From the NCBI RefSeq assembly GCF_044324875.1, contig NZ_CP172185.1: DNA of 64,000 nucleotides. One strand, written 5' to 3'. Shown here in pieces: positions 54,451-62,795 of this stretch. Within the stretch, counting starts at the first letter, position 1. Each line of letters opens with the position of its first letter. Origin of the DNA: Escherichia coli (GTDB lineage Bacteria; Pseudomonadota; Gammaproteobacteria; Enterobacterales; Enterobacteriaceae). The position numbers and the translations under genes were made by a program. Below the pieces are notes generated by a model. It saw only the letters and a list, made by a program, of their open reading frames with translations, was not told the origin of the DNA and searched no databases.

Positions 54451-54765
54451 TTACAAACGACTACCTGAAATGACACGTTGGTTGATTTCGTTAATGCGAT
54501 CCTGTGCACGTGCCATCTCGTTACTGTGGGCCATGGCGATCTGCAGCAACTGGATGCCCGGTGCGAAACGCCCGTTTTCCAGTTTCAGGGCCAGTCCTTC
54601 TTCAATGAGGGTGTTGAGTGCCCGGTTGATGTTTGCCGGTGACTCGTGCAGTGCTGCCGCCAGTTCACCATTGGAAATACCGTTCAGGGCATGACCGCGC
54701 AGCGCTTTGAGTACCCGGAGGATGCGACTGCCGGAGCTTGAAACATTCGTCTTACTCATCTGCAT
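54451..54765 (-). CDS. Putative winged-helix DNA-binding protein
   Basis: 104 aa; SRILRVLKAL...GISNGELAAALHESPANINRALNTLIEEGLA resembles IclR/MarR-type HTH regions; AGAGG SD present. Confidence 0.5.
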   Translation of the reverse strand: MQMSKTNVSSSGSRILRVLKALRGHALNGISNGELAAALHESPANINRALNTLIEEGLALKLENGRFAPGIQLLQIAMAHSNEMARAQDRINEINQRVISGSRL

Positions 54766-54811
54766 ACCTCTTTTGCGATATGTGATAACCTTTTACAAAG
54801 AATCAAAATAT

Positions 54812-55000
54812 TCAGGCTGCCTGAGCTGTTGATTTCAGCCCCAGTTTCACGGCGATTTCATGGGATTTACCGTAACGTGCTTTGCTCTGCCCATTGAGAA
54901 CGCGGTATACCTCATTGCGGTTGTAGCCGTTTTCTTCTGCCCAGCGGGTGAAAGTGATCCCGCGCTGGCGGAAGAGAGCTTTGACTTGTTCTGCAGTCAT
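54812..55000 (-). CDS. Ner-like (Cro-analog) DNA-binding protein
   Basis: 62 aa; strong SD AAGGAG 8 bp upstream; spacing of G-T/S, NG, and KxxIAxxLG residues parallels Ner/Nlp; divergent from the repressor. Confidence 0.6.
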   Translation of the reverse strand: MTAEQVKALFRQRGITFTRWAEENGYNRNEVYRVLNGQSKARYGKSHEIAVKLGLKSTAQAA

Positions 55001-55100
55001 CGTTGTCTCCTTTGTTGATGCAATGATGTTTGCCTTATGTGTGATAGATTATGGTGCAGATTATCTCACCAGTCAACTTAAAGAGTGCAGAAAAACTCAC
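55001..55100. promoter_or_regulatory. Divergent promoter/operator region between Ner-like gene and repressor
   Basis: 100-bp intergenic region containing GTGATAGATTAT and an inverted copy AGATTATCTCAC. Confidence 0.45.
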
Positions 55101-55439
55101 ATGATCGGGTTACGTATTAAAGAAGAAAGAGAGCGTCTATCTCTTACACAGCAAGGGTTGGCTGATGCTATCGGTGTGGCAAAGAGAACTTTTATTGATT
55201 GGGAAAAAGATCGCACTTCTCCTACTGCAGTGCAGTTATCTGCACTATCAGAAATCGGTGTAGATGTTTTGTATGTAGTTACTGGGGTGCGGAGTCAGCC
55301 TGTTGTTGCACCTTATATGTCACAAGAAAAGAAAGAGTTAATGGATGCATTCGACGAGATGAGCCCCGAACAACGGAGGGCAATTCTTGAGGTCGGCAAA
55401 GTCTTCATTCAACCCAAACCAAGCAAACTCGCAGGCTGA
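55101..55439 (+). CDS. Phage repressor, HTH_XRE (Cro/C1-type)
   Basis: Start at internal ATG (MIGLRIKEERERLSLTQQGLADAIGVAKRTFIDWEKDRTSP), 112 aa. Confidence 0.7.
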   Translation: MIGLRIKEERERLSLTQQGLADAIGVAKRTFIDWEKDRTSPTAVQLSALSEIGVDVLYVVTGVRSQPVVAPYMSQEKKELMDAFDEMSPEQRRAILEVGKVFIQPKPSKLAG

Positions 55440-55524
55440 TTCTGACCTGGACAGAAAGGACAGGTGGTTGATCTGGATGCTTTCAGAAAACGCCGTCAGT
55501 AGCATGGCAGAAATCGGCGGGCTT

Positions 55525-55560
55525 ACCGGAAAGCACTGTACTTTCCGGTTATGGCTTTTA
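55525..55560. terminator. Terminator between repressor and dam
   Basis: Hairpin ACCGGAAAG..CTTTCCGGT followed by a T-rich tract. Confidence 0.45.
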
Positions 55561-56322
55561 GAAATTGCAGATCACCAGCTCACGGCGTGGAGTTGATTTG
55601 CCTGCCAGACTGTAGTTGATGTTCACTGTCTGTATGTTCAGTCCAGTGAACACCTCGCGCATCTGCGGGATGTCGTTCACCGAAATTATCATCTTTCCTC
55701 TGATGCACCGGGCCAGCTCTGCCAGCCGCGAGTAGTTCCCTTCAGGAAAATCCACACCATAGCCTTCTGTACCCAGATACGGCGGGTCACAGTAGAACAG
55801 CGTGTGCGGACGGTCATAGCGCTCAATGCACTGTTGCCAGTCCATGTGTTCTATCACCGTTCTGGAAAGCCGCAGGTGTGCCGCTGACAGTTCTTCCTCG
55901 ATACGCAGCAGGTTGAAGCGTGGCGGGGATGTGGTGGAGGTGCCGAAGCTGTGCTCTGCCACCTTGCCGCCAAACGCCTGCTTCTGGAGGTAGTAGAACC
56001 GTGCTGCACGCTGGATATCCGTCAGTGTTTCTGTCGGGGTGATCTGCAGCCATTTGTAGATCTGCCGGCTGACCAGCGCCCATTTGAACTGGCGGACAAA
56101 TTCTTCCAGATGATGTTTTACCACCCGATACAGATTTACCAGTTCACCATTGATATCGTTAATGACTTCGAGCTTACCAGGTGTCTTAAGAAAATAGAGC
56201 GCTGCTGCGCCGCAGAACGGCTCCACGTAACATTCATGCGCCGGAAACAGCGGCAGGATGTGTTTTGCCAGGCGACGTTTGCCACCAATCCATGGAACGA
56301 TGGGTAATGTCTGCATTTTCAT
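55558..56322 (-). CDS. dam: DNA adenine methyltransferase (Dam-like, no adjacent restriction gene)
   Basis: 254 aa; SAM motif EPFCGAAALYF and catalytic DPPY. Confidence 0.85.
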   Translation of the reverse strand: MKMQTLPIVPWIGGKRRLAKHILPLFPAHECYVEPFCGAAALYFLKTPGKLEVINDINGELVNLYRVVKHHLEEFVRQFKWALVSRQIYKWLQITPTETLTDIQRAARFYYLQKQAFGGKVAEHSFGTSTTSPPRFNLLRIEEELSAAHLRLSRTVIEHMDWQQCIERYDRPHTLFYCDPPYLGTEGYGVDFPEGNYSRLAELARCIRGKMIISVNDIPQMREVFTGLNIQTVNINYSLAGKSTPRRELVICNF

Positions 56323-56514
56323 AATCTGTAAGCCTTTTACAATTATTAAAAATATGGCAGGCTAGTCTGGTCTCGCGAGACTGACTGAACCCCGGTCGGC
56401 TCACAGCGCATTCCTGTGGGACGATGGCCAGCCCGGTGGGTCCGAAGCACCGGGCTGGTCGTTCTTTCATGATGCGGCAGGGATGAAGTGATTTCTGTTA
56501 ATGTGGTTTAGGGA

Positions 56515-56730
56515 TTATCCGGGGCGATTTTCTGACCTTATCTGGTCCAGGGCATAAGTGATCCCTTCTGCAAAAACAGAAGTATCAAACTGCTTTTGTA
56601 TTTCCTGAAAATGAACAGTGGCACGACAGACACTCAGTTCTCCGCGATGTAACCGGATAATATCTTCCAGAACATTGTTCACTGCTTCGGCACGGCGCTG
56701 ATGTTCTGTTAACGTTAATCGGGGATTCAT
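56515..56730 (-). CDS. Hypothetical 71-aa phage protein
   Basis: Strong SD AAGGAG 6 bp upstream of ATG; no family recognised. Confidence 0.55.
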   Translation of the reverse strand: MNPRLTLTEHQRRAEAVNNVLEDIIRLHRGELSVCRATVHFQEIQKQFDTSVFAEGITYALDQIRSENRPG

Positions 56731-57107
56731 GATGCACTCCTTAAATGATGATTTTTATGTACTCACCGGCAAAATATTCTGCCGATTACTGAACACGCAT
56801 CCGGCTCCTCAGGTTTTGATTTATTCTGGTTTTTTCGATATCCCGGACCAGGTTGATCACGACAGAAAAAGTGCCGGTATTTTATTGATACGCTGATATG
56901 GCTTCGGGATAACAGCTATATTCGTTACTCTCAGTTGCTGGCTGTGGGAGCGGCTGATGTCGTCCTCACGGAAAAAACGCTCTGTCTGCTCAATGCCATG
57001 CCGACCTTTCTGCAGCCCCGGCCCGTACCATTTAAAGAGTCACTTCTGGATGCAGTAAAAACCGGTGAAAATGCAGTCATCGCTGAATGCGTATCCCGGA
57101 TTATGCG

Positions 57108-57656
57108 TTACGTGTTTAATGAACGTAAGTGAGGTTTATCCGCTGTCTGCATAATCCCGATAGCCAGTGCGAGGGGAAGCAATTCCGGGGAAACTCTTTC
57201 AAACAGCGATTCCCATTCTCCTCTCGCCATCACTCTGTCCAGCCCGCCCTCCAGCTGCATTTCAGCAATCTTCCTGATTTCCCGGAACAACGCCGCTTTG
57301 ATCTCTTCATGCTCAGCTTTATTTTCCGGTGTCAGAATGTATTCGTCGAAGAACCGGGGAGGCTGGTTAACGGGGGGCATGTTCACCGGGATGTGTTCCT
57401 GTATCCCGTACTCCGGGGCTGAAAAACATTTTGTTGTCTGACCGGTGAGTTTGCGTAACACCTTCATGAGTTGCTCCTGAAGCAGCTCATTCGTCCGACA
57501 GATACGCTCGTCGTCCACAACTGCGGCATCGACAATGACGCTTTTTCCAAATTCCTTTTTCACCATCTCTTTTATACGCGTCAGAACGTAACTTTTACCG
57601 CTGCCTACAGGCCCGGACACTCTGACGGTGATGGTCGGCTTCGGTGTGACTGTCAT
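57108..57656 (-). CDS. P-loop NTPase-like protein of unknown function (182 aa)
   Basis: Start at internal ATG with SD AAGGAGA 7 bp upstream; Walker A GPVGSGKS at residues 14-21; divergent from the lysis cassette. Confidence 0.6.
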   Translation of the reverse strand: MTVTPKPTITVRVSGPVGSGKSYVLTRIKEMVKKEFGKSVIVDAAVVDDERICRTNELLQEQLMKVLRKLTGQTTKCFSAPEYGIQEHIPVNMPPVNQPPRFFDEYILTPENKAEHEEIKAALFREIRKIAEMQLEGGLDRVMARGEWESLFERVSPELLPLALAIGIMQTADKPHLRSLNT

Positions 57657-57787
57657 TCTGTATCTCCTTTGTGAGTGATCCAGCGTGTATTCTGCATACC
57701 CCGAACACGCCTCTCTCTTAACGCGCTTTAAAATCCTCCGCGCCACGCTTTTGCCATGCTGTCTCCACACAACAAGGAGACATTTTC

Positions 57788-58138
57788 ATGAAACCATTCA
57801 CTTCCCTTATCGTTGACGTACAAAAAACCCGCCTGCGTGGATGGCTTGTTGCGGCCGTGCTGCTGCTCCTCATCATCGCGCTGGTCTCACCCCAGCAGTT
57901 GCCGGTGGTGGTGTACAAGCTCTCTCTCATCTCCCTCGCCGCCGTGCTCGGCTACTGGCTGGACCGCTCACTCTTCCCGAAGGCCCGTCCGGGGCAGTAC
58001 CTGAAGCATGACGAGCGCCTCATGGCTGAGGGGCGCTGGCCCGTACAGACCGGCCTTCACCTGGTGTTTTCTGCTGCGTTAATCCGCCGTGCACTGATTG
58101 TTGCAGCTGTCTGTCTGGCTGTTGCGATGGGGCTTTAA
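57788..58138 (+). CDS. Putative holin (membrane protein, first late/lysis gene)
   Basis: 116 aa with 2-3 hydrophobic helices; AAGGAGA SD; immediately precedes the endolysin. Confidence 0.55.
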   Translation: MKPFTSLIVDVQKTRLRGWLVAAVLLLLIIALVSPQQLPVVVYKLSLISLAAVLGYWLDRSLFPKARPGQYLKHDERLMAEGRWPVQTGLHLVFSAALIRRALIVAAVCLAVAMGL

Positions 58139-58140
58139 TC

Positions 58141-58875
58141 ATGAACTGGCCACAGAGCACCTGGATTGTATGCATGTCCCTGAAACTGGCTTTCGAAGCC
58201 TTTCTGGTCTTCATCAGAACCGAACGCCTGTCAGTCCGTGTCGGGACCTTTCTGGTTCATATGGCATGGGTATTCTTTGTCGCAATGTTGCTCTGGTGTG
58301 GCGGCTTCTTCAGTCAGGCCCGCGCAGCGCAGCCTCCGCAGGCTGCGCTGCAGTATCGCGATGATGTGATCCGTAATGCCCGGCTTGAATGGGGGCTGTC
58401 TGCGCCGGTGGCCGATTTCGCCGCGCAACTGCATCAGGAAAGCGGCTGGCGGACTGATGCGGTCTCGCCGGTGGGCGCTCAGGGGCTGGCGCAGTTTATG
58501 CCCGCCACCGCTGACTGGATAAGCCAGTTGATGCCGGCGTTGAGCAGTCGTGAGCCGTTTAATCCGGCATGGGCCATCCGGGCGCTGGTCAGCTATGACC
58601 GCTGGCTGTGGCAGCGCATCAGCGCCGCCAGTGACTGCGAGCGTATGGCCATGACACTGTCGGGCTATAACGGTGGTCTGGGTTGGGTACAACGGGACAG
58701 GCGGCTCGCATCACAGAAAGGTCTGGACAGCACCCGCTGGTTCGGACATGTCGCCACGGTGAATGCCGGACGCAATGCTGCCAGCTGGCGGGAGAACCGC
58801 CATTATCCGCAGCGCATCCTGCACGAACTGGCCCCCCGTTATCTGACATGGGGGGGCGGCAGCTGTGTGGACTAA
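58141..58875 (+). CDS. Endolysin, lytic transglycosylase (SLT domain), possibly signal-anchored
   Basis: QLHQESGWRTDAVSPVGAQGLAQFMP matches the SLT catalytic E-S...GLxQ motif; hydrophobic N-terminal segment. Start codon uncertain. Confidence 0.75.
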   Translation: MNWPQSTWIVCMSLKLAFEAFLVFIRTERLSVRVGTFLVHMAWVFFVAMLLWCGGFFSQARAAQPPQAALQYRDDVIRNARLEWGLSAPVADFAAQLHQESGWRTDAVSPVGAQGLAQFMPATADWISQLMPALSSREPFNPAWAIRALVSYDRWLWQRISAASDCERMAMTLSGYNGGLGWVQRDRRLASQKGLDSTRWFGHVATVNAGRNAASWRENRHYPQRILHELAPRYLTWGGGSCVD

Positions 58876-59167
58876 CCTGCTAAAAAATCTGCCGTGGCGC
58901 AGTCTGCTGCTGGCAGTGCTCATAAATGCTTTTCTGATTGGACTTTATTACCTGGGCTACAAAAGTGCAAAATGGCATCTGAATCGATCGCAGTTTGGCA
59001 TTCGAATCGATCATGATTTGGCATCCATCTCCGATCACAGTTTGGCATCACAATCGATCACGATTTGGCATGCTTCCGATCATTGATTGGCATCCTGCCA
59101 GTCACTCCGGGAATTAACTCTTTTCACCACAGTCTCCATTGCCGTGTTTAAACCAGTGGAGACGTCA

Positions 59168-60733
59168 ATGTCCAGAAAGAGAAAATCCAGGAGCACTATG
59201 GAAACCTGTTTTAAGATCCTTCAGCTCAAGTTCGACAAGAAGCTGACTAACCGTTGTATCGGACTGACGTTACACATCAGCGCCTCAACCGTTTTTGAGG
59301 TTCTTGCCCGCTTCAAAGCCTCTTCTCTGTCATGGCCATTACCTGCTGATATATCCCATGACACGCTGGAGAAACTCATTTTTCCGCCCAAAGACACCTT
59401 TGCATCAGAGCTTGTAATGCCTGACATGTTGTACTTCGATACGGAAATGAGAAAACCAGGTGTGACGCGGCAACTGTTGTGGATGGAATACAAGGCACAG
59501 GCGGGTAACAAAGCGATGGGATACTCGCACTTCTGCCGTTGCTACCGGGAGTGGAAAAAAACGCGACGTCTCTCCATGCGCCAGGAGCATCGTGCCGGCG
59601 AAAAGCTTTTTATCGACTTCTGTGGTCCTACGGTTCCTGTTATTAATCCGGACACCGGTGAGATACGCCGCGTGGCAATCTTCGTGGCCGTAATGGGGGC
59701 GTCCAACTATACCTACGTTGAAGCGTGCGAAGGTCAGGACATGATGTCATGGTTAAATGCCCACAGCCGTTGCCTGACCTTCCTGGGCGGCGTACCGAAG
59801 CTGCTCATCCCCGATAACCTCAGAAGCGCAGTGAAAAAGGCCGATCGATATGAGCCTGTCATCAACGACAGTTATCAGGCACTGGCTGAGCACTATGGCA
59901 CGGTTATCATCCCGGCCCGACCACGCAAACCTAAAGATAAACCAAAAGCAGAAAACGGCGTCCTCATCGTTGAACGATGGCTTCTTGCCCGCATCCGTAA
60001 TGAAACCTTCCACACGCTCAGGGCGCTGAATGCGCGCCTTAGGGAGTTACTGACAGACATGAATAACCGGCCAATGAAGGGGTACGGCAATCAAACCCGT
60101 GCAGAACGCTTCCGCATACTGGATGCGCCAGCACTCTCTCCGCTGCCTCTGGCACCTTATGAATACACGGAATACAAAGCTGTGAAGGTTGGCCCTGACT
60201 ACCACGTTGAATATGCCCGTCACTGGTACTCCGTTCCACACGAACTGGTCGGTCAGCGTCTGTCACTGAAGGCGGGGCAGTCGGTGGTACAGCTCTGGCA
60301 CAAGGGGCAGTGTGTGGCGCAACATCCGCGCAGCACACATGAATATAAACACACAACCAATCCGCTTCACATGCCAGAGCGCCACCGGCAGCACGGGACA
60401 TGGACACCGGAACGCCTGATCGAGCAGGGAAAACGTACGGGCCCGTCCACAGGCCGGGTGGTTGAATCCATGCTGAAGGCAAAACCCCATCCGGAACTGG
60501 CTTATCGTGCAGTTCTGGGGCTGCTGGCACTTCAGAAAAAATACGGCCCGGAACGGCTGGAAAAGGCCTGTTACGTTGCCCTGCACTATAACGCCCCTGA
60601 CAGACGCTTTATCGACAATCTGCTGCGTCACCATCGGGAGAACCTGGAGCTTCCATTATCCCGCCAGGGCGAACAACATCCGGCATATGCTTCAGAGCAT
60701 GAAAACCTGCGTGGTCCGGGCTACTACCACTGA
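59168..60733 (+). CDS. istA: IS21-family transposase IstA
   Basis: N-terminal HTH, DDE core; alternative start at 59198 (METCF...) has an AGGAG SD. Confidence 0.8.
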   Translation: MSRKRKSRSTMETCFKILQLKFDKKLTNRCIGLTLHISASTVFEVLARFKASSLSWPLPADISHDTLEKLIFPPKDTFASELVMPDMLYFDTEMRKPGVTRQLLWMEYKAQAGNKAMGYSHFCRCYREWKKTRRLSMRQEHRAGEKLFIDFCGPTVPVINPDTGEIRRVAIFVAVMGASNYTYVEACEGQDMMSWLNAHSRCLTFLGGVPKLLIPDNLRSAVKKADRYEPVINDSYQALAEHYGTVIIPARPRKPKDKPKAENGVLIVERWLLARIRNETFHTLRALNARLRELLTDMNNRPMKGYGNQTRAERFRILDAPALSPLPLAPYEYTEYKAVKVGPDYHVEYARHWYSVPHELVGQRLSLKAGQSVVQLWHKGQCVAQHPRSTHEYKHTTNPLHMPERHRQHGTWTPERLIEQGKRTGPSTGRVVESMLKAKPHPELAYRAVLGLLALQKKYGPERLEKACYVALHYNAPDRRFIDNLLRHHRENLELPLSRQGEQHPAYASEHENLRGPGYYH

Positions 60734-60749
60734 CAGAAGGAACAACAGT

Positions 60750-61505
60750 ATGAGTGATAACCTGTTAAACAAACTGACCCAACTGAAACTCCCGGCGATG
60801 GCCGGGAGCCTGATACGGCAGCGGGAAACGCCTCAGACCTACGACGAACTGTCGTTCGAGGAAAGGCTGACGCTGCTGGTTGATGACGAGCTTCTGAGCA
60901 GGGAAAACAGCCGTGTGGCACGGTTGAGAAAAAATGCCGGCCTGAAATACCAGGCAACACCGGAAGGGCTGCGCTATCCGGCCTCAAGAGGTCTGCGGGC
61001 TGAACAGATGAGAGAACTGCTGAACGGCCACTACATAACCCACAGGAAAAACCTGCTGATAACCGGTCCGACAGGATGTGGCAAGAGCTGGATAGCCAAT
61101 GCGCTGGGCGAACAGGCATGTCGACAGAAACACAGCGTCCGGTACTGTAGAACCGGGCGATTACTGGAACAACTGGCTCAGGGACGTGTTGATGGCAGCT
61201 GGCTGAAATATCTGAAACAGTTGCAAAAAATACAGGTTCTAATCCTGGACGATCTGGGGCTGGAACAGTTAAGTAACGCCCAGTGTAATGACCTTCTGGA
61301 GCTCATAGAGGATCGTTACGGACAAAGCAGCACGATAGTGGTAAGCCAGTTCCCGGTAGATAAATGGCATGGTCTGATGGAGAACCCAACAACAGCAGAT
61401 GCCATCCTGGACAGACTGGTACATAACTCACACCGAGTGGTCCTTCAGGGAGAGTCACTGAGGAAAAATCCCCCGGTAGTGGAAAGCAGCGAAAAAACGC
61501 GTTAA
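60750..61505 (+). CDS. istB: IS21-family helper ATPase IstB
   Basis: 251 aa; Walker A GPTGCGKS and Walker B LILDDLG; start at internal ATG (MSDNLLNKLTQLKLPAMAGS). Confidence 0.85.
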   Translation: MSDNLLNKLTQLKLPAMAGSLIRQRETPQTYDELSFEERLTLLVDDELLSRENSRVARLRKNAGLKYQATPEGLRYPASRGLRAEQMRELLNGHYITHRKNLLITGPTGCGKSWIANALGEQACRQKHSVRYCRTGRLLEQLAQGRVDGSWLKYLKQLQKIQVLILDDLGLEQLSNAQCNDLLELIEDRYGQSSTIVVSQFPVDKWHGLMENPTTADAILDRLVHNSHRVVLQGESLRKNPPVVESSEKTR

Positions 61506-61856
61506 AAAGCGGTAGAAAAAGTTAAGTTCCCGGTTGATCGAATGGATGCGAATCGCTGATCGGACTTCGATGCCAATCCGTGATCGAATAGAGCGGAATA
61601 CGCAAAAGCGGGCATGAAAACGCCACGCGCGACGGCGATAAGGCGATCAGTGAGTTGCAGTCAGCATTCGACACATACAAAACGGAGCAGGCAATGCTTG
61701 AGAACGCTGCATTGCGAGCATGGGCAAAACGGTATCAGGAGCAGGTGGCCGCTGGGCAGCAGGCTGAGGCCGGTTATCTTGAGCAGATTGCTCAACTGGA
61801 GAGTCAGAACAAACAACTACAGGGGCAAATTAACGATGTCACACAGCGCTGGATTG

Positions 61857-62123
61857 ATGAAAAAGGTAAGAGCCATCCCATTGAGTGCGTGTTTACTCGC
61901 GGTTTCGTGCGCCAGTACAACGCCGCACTCGGGTATGACAACGCATCCGTCGACACCGGTCATTCAGACTCAGTTGCCGCCACTGGCACCCGCTCTGGCA
62001 CAGCGACCGGGCAACCTGAAACCACTGACACCCGGTTACGCGATTCGGGTGTCTCCCAGCGTGACGTTCTCGCCAACATCATCGACAACGCAGGACAATG
62101 TCGTCGCTGGCGGAACCAGATAA
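61857..62123 (+). CDS. Rz1-like o-spanin lipoprotein, embedded in the +1 frame of Rz
   Basis: MKKVRAIPLSACLLAVSCASTTP (lipobox AVSC) followed by a proline-rich tail; lies entirely within the Rz C-terminal fragment. Confidence 0.65.
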   Translation: MKKVRAIPLSACLLAVSCASTTPHSGMTTHPSTPVIQTQLPPLAPALAQRPGNLKPLTPGYAIRVSPSVTFSPTSSTTQDNVVAGGTR

Positions 62124-62157
62124 ACGCGTTGCTGGATGAACGGGAAGGATTACAGAA

Positions 62158-62484
62158 ATGACACTGCAGGTTGAATTCTGGACGGTGGTGGGCTTTCTCA
62201 TCACCTTCATGAGCTTTGTTGGCGGTATGGCCAAATGGCTGTTCAGTAAAGCGGAGGAACGTCAGGCTGCACGTTTTGCCTCTCTTGAGCAGTCACTGCA
62301 GCAGTCCGCCTCCAGTTGGGGCGAGCTGGAAAAAGAATTGATGCGATTTAAAGCGGATTTACCGCTGAATTATGTCCGTCGCGAGGATTATATCCGTGGC
62401 CAGACAGTCATCGAGGCCAAACTGGACGCGCTTTACAACAAACTGGAAGTGGTACAGCAGTACCGCAATACCGGAGGTCAATAA
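62158..62484 (+). CDS. Hypothetical phage membrane protein
   Basis: 108 aa, N-terminal TM helix; start overlaps Rz stop. Confidence 0.5.
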   Translation: MTLQVEFWTVVGFLITFMSFVGGMAKWLFSKAEERQAARFASLEQSLQQSASSWGELEKELMRFKADLPLNYVRREDYIRGQTVIEAKLDALYNKLEVVQQYRNTGGQ

Positions 62485-62795
62485 TGGTCGATATTACCCG
62501 GGTACGCCGTGAATCCCTGCGCTGGAGTCTGCTGGTTGCCCTTAACAAAACCCGCCCTTACACCGCCAGCGAGACGCTGCTGCTGGAAGTGTCCCGCGCC
62601 ATCTACCCGGACACCACGCAACTGGAACTGCGCCGTGAGCTTGATTACCTGGCAGATCGCAAAATGGTGGAACTGGAGAGGAGACCGTCCGGTGACTGGT
62701 TTGCCGATCTGAGTCGCCTTGGTGTGGATATTGTGGAATACACCGTGGAATGCGGCCCCGGTATTGCCCGCCCGGAAAAATACTGGAGTGAGTGA
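62484..62795 (+). CDS. Hypothetical phage protein
   Basis: 103-aa ORF translationally coupled to its neighbours. Confidence 0.5.
   Translation: MVDITRVRRESLRWSLLVALNKTRPYTASETLLLEVSRAIYPDTTQLELRRELDYLADRKMVELERRPSGDWFADLSRLGVDIVEYTVECGPGIARPEKYWSE

Larger units (their letters stand above)
58966..61604 (+). mobile_element. IS21-family insertion sequence (istA-istB)
   Basis: Ends TGCA...CGCA with reiterated GATC-N-GATTGGCAT motifs inside both termini; flanked by a 4-6 bp direct repeat (C)AAAAG. Confidence 0.8.
58865..62161 (+). pseudogene. Rz-like i-spanin gene interrupted by an IS21-family element (fragments 58865..58965 and 61609..62161)
   Basis: N-terminal TM fragment (MWTNLLKNLPWRSLLLAVLINAFLIGLYYLGYKS) and C-terminal coiled-coil fragment join in frame once the IS and one AAAG copy are removed. 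Confidence 0.7.

Noticed and set aside
56935-57132. 65-aa plus-strand ORF (TTG start) between the 71-aa gene and the P-loop gene
   Set aside because: No SD before either the TTG or the internal ATG, and it overlaps the 3' end of the convergent P-loop gene; kept only as a weak possibility.
58966-59100. Short regularly spaced repeats (GATC...GATTTGGCAT) considered as a possible CRISPR-like array
   Set aside because: Units are irregular and about 20-30 bp, occur inverted at the other end (61520-61600) and flank istA/istB; they are IS21-family terminal repeats.
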